NCBI GenBank assembly: GCA_000004985.1
Contig: GG738996.1
Reading direction: 5' to 3' (one strand)
Length of the DNA: 13,277 nucleotides
From: Naegleria gruberi
Lineage: Eukaryota
The notes beneath the pieces were generated by a model that ran no database searches, had not been told where the DNA came from, and saw only the letters and a list, made by a program, of their open reading frames with translations. Below, piece after piece: positions 7,780-13,277 of the stretch (positions within the stretch are counted from its first letter, which is position 1; each line of letters starts with the position of its first letter). A program made the translations under genes and the position numbers.

Positions 7780-8040
7780 TTTCAATGAAGTGTTGAGAGG
7801 TTAATTGATGAAATTATATGGTTTGGTTATTTAATATAAAATAATAGAGTGGATATATATATACTACTATTATGATGGATATTATATATAAAAAAACTGT
7901 TTAGTTTAAATGAAATGGAAATGCTTATAGAGAGCAATTTTGCATTGATATAGTTAATAAATGTAGAGTATTACTATTAATATTAATGTGAGTATTAATT
8001 AATAATTAATGGTAATGATTGGAAAATCACTATTATTATG
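7780..8040 (-). promoter_or_regulatory. Extremely AT-rich 5' flank of the GNAT gene, including (TA)n at about 7855-7890.
   Basis: About 85% A+T adjacent to the GNAT ATG. Evidence is positional only. Confidence 0.3.
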
Positions 8041-8453
8041 ATTACTTGGGTTATAATTCAAATTCTTTTTGCAATTAATATGGAAAAACTTTTGCATCGC
8101 TCGCCTGCAAAGCCGTATATTCTATCTAGTATTATAAGGAGATAATAAGATCTCTAGATGAAGTGCACAAAGCAAAGAAAAAAGGAGGGTTTAAAAAAAA
8201 GCGTTGGTTTGTTTTGCGCGGAGAGTTTTTACTACACTATTAGGAGTGTTGTTCGAGTCTCTAGATTTTTTTTGATGTTTGGTTTTAAAAATAGAACAAA
8301 ATGAGGGTTCATTTATAATATTTTCACCACCTTATTGAGTGGGTAGGTATTTTAAATGAGAACAAAAGAAGCTCCGCGTAAAGATGATGTAGAGATGAAG
8401 AATATTTGGTACTGACTTTGAGTAAGGTATCATTCAATATTGGATAGCCGGAA

Positions 8454-8468
8454 TCATTCATTGAATGA
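8454..8468. repeat. Perfect 15-nt dyad-symmetric element TCATTCA-T-TGAATGA. An 8-mer direct repeat ATCATTCA lies 24 nt upstream (8429-8436 and 8453-8460).
   Basis: The reverse complement of tcattca is tgaatga. Arms are 8454-8460 and 8462-8468 with a 1-nt centre, so it is too tight for a hairpin and more likely a dimeric-protein binding site. It sits in an ORF-free block between two minus-strand genes. Confidence 0.8.
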
Positions 8469-8976
8469 GGACTAGTTGTTCCTGTGGTTGTATGAAGAAC
8501 TATGAAGATGCATGAAAGAAAATTAAAAATATTTATATTCTCACTTCTCTCTCGATTGTAGTACGTTAAGAAGGTAGGTGGTTGTTGTATGAATAGATTC
8601 TCTCATTATTGAGGTTGGAGGTTGTTATTGTAATGCGGGAGAGATAGGAACGTTGAAGGAATTTGTTTACTTTCCATTATTCTTGGTTTTCCATAATCGG
8701 AATGATTGGTTTTATGCTTAATGGAAATGTTTTGCATGTATTGTCAGGCATCGGAATTGTTTTTGATTCTTCTTCAACAAATTGTGTAACCCTAACAGTA
8801 GTTATTTTAAACTAAATTTTTGATTGTAAAAATTATTAATAGTGTGAATATTACATATTGTAAAATATCATGGAAATATTGGAAATATGATTGTAATTAT
8901 ATTATTTAATATTAAATATATTACTCTATTATATATTAAATAAATTAAAAATCAAAAAAAATGTATCGATTTGGAA

Positions 8977-11900
8977 NNNNNNNNNNNNNNNNNNNNNNNN
9001 NNNNNNNNNNNNNNNNNNNNNNNNNNNNNNNNNNNNNNNNNNNNNNNNNNNNNNNNNNNNNNNNNNNNNNNNNNNNNNNNNNNNNNNNNNNNNNNNNNNN
9101 NNNNNNNNNNNNNNNNNNNNNNNNNNNNNNNNNNNNNNNNNNNNNNNNNNNNNNNNNNNNNNNNNNNNNNNNNNNNNNNNNNNNNNNNNNNNNNNNNNNN
9201 NNNNNNNNNNNNNNNNNNNNNNNNNNNNNNNNNNNNNNNNNNNNNNNNNNNNNNNNNNNNNNNNNNNNNNNNNNNNNNNNNNNNNNNNNNNNNNNNNNNN
9301 NNNNNNNNNNNNNNNNNNNNNNNNNNNNNNNNNNNNNNNNNNNNNNNNNNNNNNNNNNNNNNNNNNNNNNNNNNNNNNNNNNNNNNNNNNNNNNNNNNNN
9401 NNNNNNNNNNNNNNNNNNNNNNNNNNNNNNNNNNNNNNNNNNNNNNNNNNNNNNNNNNNNNNNNNNNNNNNNNNNNNNNNNNNNNNNNNNNNNNNNNNNN
9501 NNNNNNNNNNNNNNNNNNNNNNNNNNNNNNNNNNNNNNNNNNNNNNNNNNNNNNNNNNNNNNNNNNNNNNNNNNNNNNNNNNNNNNNNNNNNNNNNNNNN
9601 NNNNNNNNNNNNNNNNNNNNNNNNNNNNNNNNNNNNNNNNNNNNNNNNNNNNNNNNNNNNNNNNNNNNNNNNNNNNNNNNNNNNNNNNNNNNNNNNNNNN
9701 NNNNNNNNNNNNNNNNNNNNNNNNNNNNNNNNNNNNNNNNNNNNNNNNNNNNNNNNNNNNNNNNNNNNNNNNNNNNNNNNNNNNNNNNNNNNNNNNNNNN
9801 NNNNNNNNNNNNNNNNNNNNNNNNNNNNNNNNNNNNNNNNNNNNNNNNNNNNNNNNNNNNNNNNNNNNNNNNNNNNNNNNNNNNNNNNNNNNNNNNNNNN
9901 NNNNNNNNNNNNNNNNNNNNNNNNNNNNNNNNNNNNNNNNNNNNNNNNNNNNNNNNNNNNNNNNNNNNNNNNNNNNNNNNNNNNNNNNNNNNNNNNNNNN
10001 NNNNNNNNNNNNNNNNNNNNNNNNNNNNNNNNNNNNNNNNNNNNNNNNNNNNNNNNNNNNNNNNNNNNNNNNNNNNNNNNNNNNNNNNNNNNNNNNNNNN
10101 NNNNNNNNNNNNNNNNNNNNNNNNNNNNNNNNNNNNNNNNNNNNNNNNNNNNNNNNNNNNNNNNNNNNNNNNNNNNNNNNNNNNNNNNNNNNNNNNNNNN
10201 NNNNNNNNNNNNNNNNNNNNNNNNNNNNNNNNNNNNNNNNNNNNNNNNNNNNNNNNNNNNNNNNNNNNNNNNNNNNNNNNNNNNNNNNNNNNNNNNNNNN
10301 NNNNNNNNNNNNNNNNNNNNNNNNNNNNNNNNNNNNNNNNNNNNNNNNNNNNNNNNNNNNNNNNNNNNNNNNNNNNNNNNNNNNNNNNNNNNNNNNNNNN
10401 NNNNNNNNNNNNNNNNNNNNNNNNNNNNNNNNNNNNNNNNNNNNNNNNNNNNNNNNNNNNNNNNNNNNNNNNNNNNNNNNNNNNNNNNNNNNNNNNNNNN
10501 NNNNNNNNNNNNNNNNNNNNNNNNNNNNNNNNNNNNNNNNNNNNNNNNNNNNNNNNNNNNNNNNNNNNNNNNNNNNNNNNNNNNNNNNNNNNNNNNNNNN
10601 NNNNNNNNNNNNNNNNNNNNNNNNNNNNNNNNNNNNNNNNNNNNNNNNNNNNNNNNNNNNNNNNNNNNNNNNNNNNNNNNNNNNNNNNNNNNNNNNNNNN
10701 NNNNNNNNNNNNNNNNNNNNNNNNNNNNNNNNNNNNNNNNNNNNNNNNNNNNNNNNNNNNNNNNNNNNNNNNNNNNNNNNNNNNNNNNNNNNNNNNNNNN
10801 NNNNNNNNNNNNNNNNNNNNNNNNNNNNNNNNNNNNNNNNNNNNNNNNNNNNNNNNNNNNNNNNNNNNNNNNNNNNNNNNNNNNNNNNNNNNNNNNNNNN
10901 NNNNNNNNNNNNNNNNNNNNNNNNNNNNNNNNNNNNNNNNNNNNNNNNNNNNNNNNNNNNNNNNNNNNNNNNNNNNNNNNNNNNNNNNNNNNNNNNNNNN
11001 NNNNNNNNNNNNNNNNNNNNNNNNNNNNNNNNNNNNNNNNNNNNNNNNNNNNNNNNNNNNNNNNNNNNNNNNNNNNNNNNNNNNNNNNNNNNNNNNNNNN
11101 NNNNNNNNNNNNNNNNNNNNNNNNNNNNNNNNNNNNNNNNNNNNNNNNNNNNNNNNNNNNNNNNNNNNNNNNNNNNNNNNNNNNNNNNNNNNNNNNNNNN
11201 NNNNNNNNNNNNNNNNNNNNNNNNNNNNNNNNNNNNNNNNNNNNNNNNNNNNNNNNNNNNNNNNNNNNNNNNNNNNNNNNNNNNNNNNNNNNNNNNNNNN
11301 NNNNNNNNNNNNNNNNNNNNNNNNNNNNNNNNNNNNNNNNNNNNNNNNNNNNNNNNNNNNNNNNNNNNNNNNNNNNNNNNNNNNNNNNNNNNNNNNNNNN
11401 NNNNNNNNNNNNNNNNNNNNNNNNNNNNNNNNNNNNNNNNNNNNNNNNNNNNNNNNNNNNNNNNNNNNNNNNNNNNNNNNNNNNNNNNNNNNNNNNNNNN
11501 NNNNNNNNNNNNNNNNNNNNNNNNNNNNNNNNNNNNNNNNNNNNNNNNNNNNNNNNNNNNNNNNNNNNNNNNNNNNNNNNNNNNNNNNNNNNNNNNNNNN
11601 NNNNNNNNNNNNNNNNNNNNNNNNNNNNNNNNNNNNNNNNNNNNNNNNNNNNNNNNNNNNNNNNNNNNNNNNNNNNNNNNNNNNNNNNNNNNNNNNNNNN
11701 NNNNNNNNNNNNNNNNNNNNNNNNNNNNNNNNNNNNNNNNNNNNNNNNNNNNNNNNNNNNNNNNNNNNNNNNNNNNNNNNNNNNNNNNNNNNNNNNNNNN
11801 NNNNNNNNNNNNNNNNNNNNNNNNNNNNNNNNNNNNNNNNNNNNNNNNNNNNNNNNNNNNNNNNNNNNNNNNNNNNNNNNNNNNNNNNNNNNNNNNNNNN

Positions 11901-12368
11901 NNNNNNNNNNNNNNNNNNNNNNNNNNNNNNNNNNNNNNNNNNNNNNNNNNNNNNNNNNNNNNNNNNNNNNNNNNNNNNNNNNNNNNNNNNNNNNNNNNNN
12001 NNNNNNNNNNNNNNNNNNNNNNNNNNNNNNNNNNNNNNNNNNNNNNNNNNNNNNNNNNNNNNNNNNNNNNNNNNNNNNNNNNNNNNNNNNNNNNNNNNNN
12101 NNNNNNNNNNNNNNNNNNNNNNNNNNNNNNNNNNNNNNNNNNNNNNNNNNNNNNNNNNNNNNNNNNNNNNNNNNNNNNNNNNNNNNNNNNNNNNNNNNNN
12201 NNNNNNNNNNNNNNNNNNNNNNNNNNNNNNNNNNNNNNNNNNNNNNNNNNNNNNNNNNNNNNNNNNNNNNNNNNNNNNNNNNNNNNNNNNNNNNNNNNNN
12301 NNNNNNNNNNNNNNNNNNNNNNNNNNNNNNNNNNNNNNNNNNNNNNNNNNNNNNNNNNNNNNNNNNNN
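8977..12368. other. Run of 3392 N (masked or unsequenced). It hides everything beyond codon 212 of the large minus-strand gene and its 3' end.
   Basis: Literal n characters. The left flank (8929-8976) is AT-rich non-coding and the right flank is coding. Confidence 1.
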
Positions 12369-13005
12369 TCCATGATTTTGGATCAAATTTAATGGAATTA
12401 CCACTTTCATCATCATCTTGCATATCAGAGAGAGGTACATTTTCAGCAGCTCTCGAAAAGGCCTGATACATTTGATTATAAATTTGTTCCAAAGCTGATG
12501 ATTGAACTTGCAATTGAATAATCATTTCACAAACACTTTCAAATCCTTCATCATCATCTTCATCCATTTGTGATTCATCCTTTTCATCTTTGGCAACTCC
12601 AGTATCACAAGCCAATTGACAATACATACAAATTTGTGGTTGTTTCTGAACACCATGCATTAGAATATCAGAAAAGTGAATCTTGTAAGCATGTACCATA
12701 TTAAACAATAACAAGTGCTCACTCATCACATAGAGATGAAACTCTTCCGATGAATTAATAATACAAGATTCTTGATCGTTAGGAGGTGTACAAATTCTAA
12801 TTGTAGCCTTGAAAGGAGCCGTATATTGCAAAGTTGAGGACTGATACTCGGATTCATCATGGAAAAATATGGAAATTAATTGTTCCTTGGAGAGATGATC
12901 ATTTACATGATTCTCAAGAGATGTTATTGTGGATGCGATTCTATCGGAAAGATTGGAAATGGCTTGAACGTGTGGTTGGATTTCATTGGATGAAGAATTT
13001 GACAT
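12369..13005 (-). CDS. N-terminal 212 codons of a large uncharacterised protein (partial; continues into the N block). Ser/Asn-rich start, hydrophobic core segment 'FHLYVMSEHLLLFNMVHAYKIHF', then an acidic patch 'DEKDESQMDEDDDEG'.
   Basis: ATG on the minus strand at plus 13003-13005 preceded by A8 (aaaaaaaaATGtca). The frame is open over the 212 visible codons with neighbour-like codon usage and about 40% G+C: MSNSSSNEIQPHVQAISNLSDRIASTITSLENHVNDHLSKEQLISIFFHDESEYQSSTLQYTAPFKATIRICTPPNDQESCIINSSEEFHLYVMSEHLLLFNMVHAYKIHFSDILMHGVQKQPQICMYCQLACDTGVAKDEKDESQMDEDDDEGFESVCEMIIQLQVQSSALEQIYNQMYQAFSRAAENVPLSDMQDDDESGNSIKFDPKSW.... I do not recognise the family. Confidence 0.6.
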
Positions 13006-13179
13006 TTTTTTTTAATTATTTTTAATAATATTTAATATTTAAATTGAATGGAAAGTGAATTATAATTTTATAAAGTATAAATTGTTAAAAATTTGAAGAA
13101 AATATTAAGAAACATCCAATCAAATAACAATTAACAAAAAGATTGAGAATCAACAAGCTGAATTAAAAGATTAATCAAA
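13006..13179 (-). promoter_or_regulatory. AT-rich 5' flank of the large minus-strand gene.
   Basis: About 85% A+T. It lies between the ATG at 13005 and a candidate upstream gene end at 13180. Evidence is positional only. Confidence 0.3.
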
Positions 13180-13277
13180 TCAGTTGATTATGTCTTTTAA
13201 ATGTTCGTGACACCAGCTATATGGAACAACCAGCCTTAGAAGACATTCAACAAGTGAATAGCACCACGACTTAAGAA
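13180..13277 (-). CDS. Candidate 3' end of another minus-strand gene entering from beyond the window: 32 open codons ...LKSWCYSLVECLLRLVVPYSWCHEHLKDIIN, then TGA (plus 13180-13182).
   Basis: G+C jumps to about 45% at 13205-13277, against under 20% just upstream. Only one minus frame is open to the window edge. There is no ATG and it is too short to identify. Confidence 0.15.
   Translation of the reverse strand, partial: LKSWCYSLVECLLRLVVPYSWCHEHLKDIIN

Noticed and set aside
8236-8274. tRNA-like T-loop 'GTTCGAGTC' followed by a T8 run.
   Set aside because: Flanking bases cannot form a 5-bp T-stem (t-t mismatch adjacent to the G53-C61 pair) or an acceptor stem, and there are no upstream A/B box matches. 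Retained only as a possible Pol III-type terminator within finding 7786-8928.
8929-13005. Track ORFs spanning the second N block (8929..13005, 8945..12373, 8952..12440 on the minus strand; 8961..12392, 8971..12375 on the plus strand).
   Set aside because: Same artefact. The low-coordinate ends are AT-rich non-coding sequence read through the N run. Only 12369..13005 on the minus strand is supported.
12834-13025. 63-aa plus-strand ORF overlapping the start of the large minus-strand gene.
   Set aside because: Antisense to coding sequence. It runs into AT-rich promoter and has no similarity.
1-13277. Prokaryotic-style features (CRISPR array, operon, defence island, IS element).
   Set aside because: Gene structure (spliceosomal intron, Kozak ATGs, monocistronic genes separated by AT-rich spacers) is eukaryotic. 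No direct-repeat/spacer array or terminal inverted repeats are seen in the unmasked sequence.

Overview
This is an AT-rich eukaryotic genomic window. Intergenic and intron sequence is roughly 75-85% A+T, coding blocks about 40% G+C, there is a GTAAGT...AG spliceosomal intron, and start codons sit in A-rich Kozak contexts. The organism cannot be determined from sequence alone, but it is a compact protist, early-diverging fungus or invertebrate genome, not a prokaryote. No CRISPR array, rRNA, tRNA or obvious mobile element is visible.

Two long N blocks (1288-5595 and 8977-12368) hide about 58% of the window. Every ORF in the supplied track that crosses them (the 1493/1464/1654/1358/1142/1162/1143/1134-aa entries) is an artefact of N being translated to X.

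In the readable sequence I can support four genes:
- (+) A thioredoxin gene, with exon 1 at 831-934, a 253-nt intron at 935-1187, and exon 2 from 1188 running into the first N block.
- (-) The N-terminal 207 codons of a TPR protein (6217 down to 5596). Its three TPR motifs resemble the Hsp70-binding TPR1 of STI1/Hop and the TPR of PP5. It converges on the thioredoxin gene inside the masked block.
- (-) An arylalkylamine-N-acetyltransferase-like GNAT gene (7779 down to 6872). It is intact except for a single-base frameshift near 7345, and its motif-A glycines are replaced.
- (-) The N-terminal 212 codons of a large unrecognised protein (13005 down to 12369), running into the second N block.

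Two ORF-free but compositionally gene-like blocks (6411-6871 and 8050-8800) and two window-edge coding fragments are flagged with low confidence.

Nothing in the visible sequence amounts to a demonstrably novel multi-gene system. The most checkable oddities are the frameshifted, motif-degenerate GNAT gene and the complex ORF-free block at 8050-8800. Whatever lies under the N blocks cannot be assessed.

All homology statements below come from reading the translations against remembered family sequences and motifs. No database search was run.
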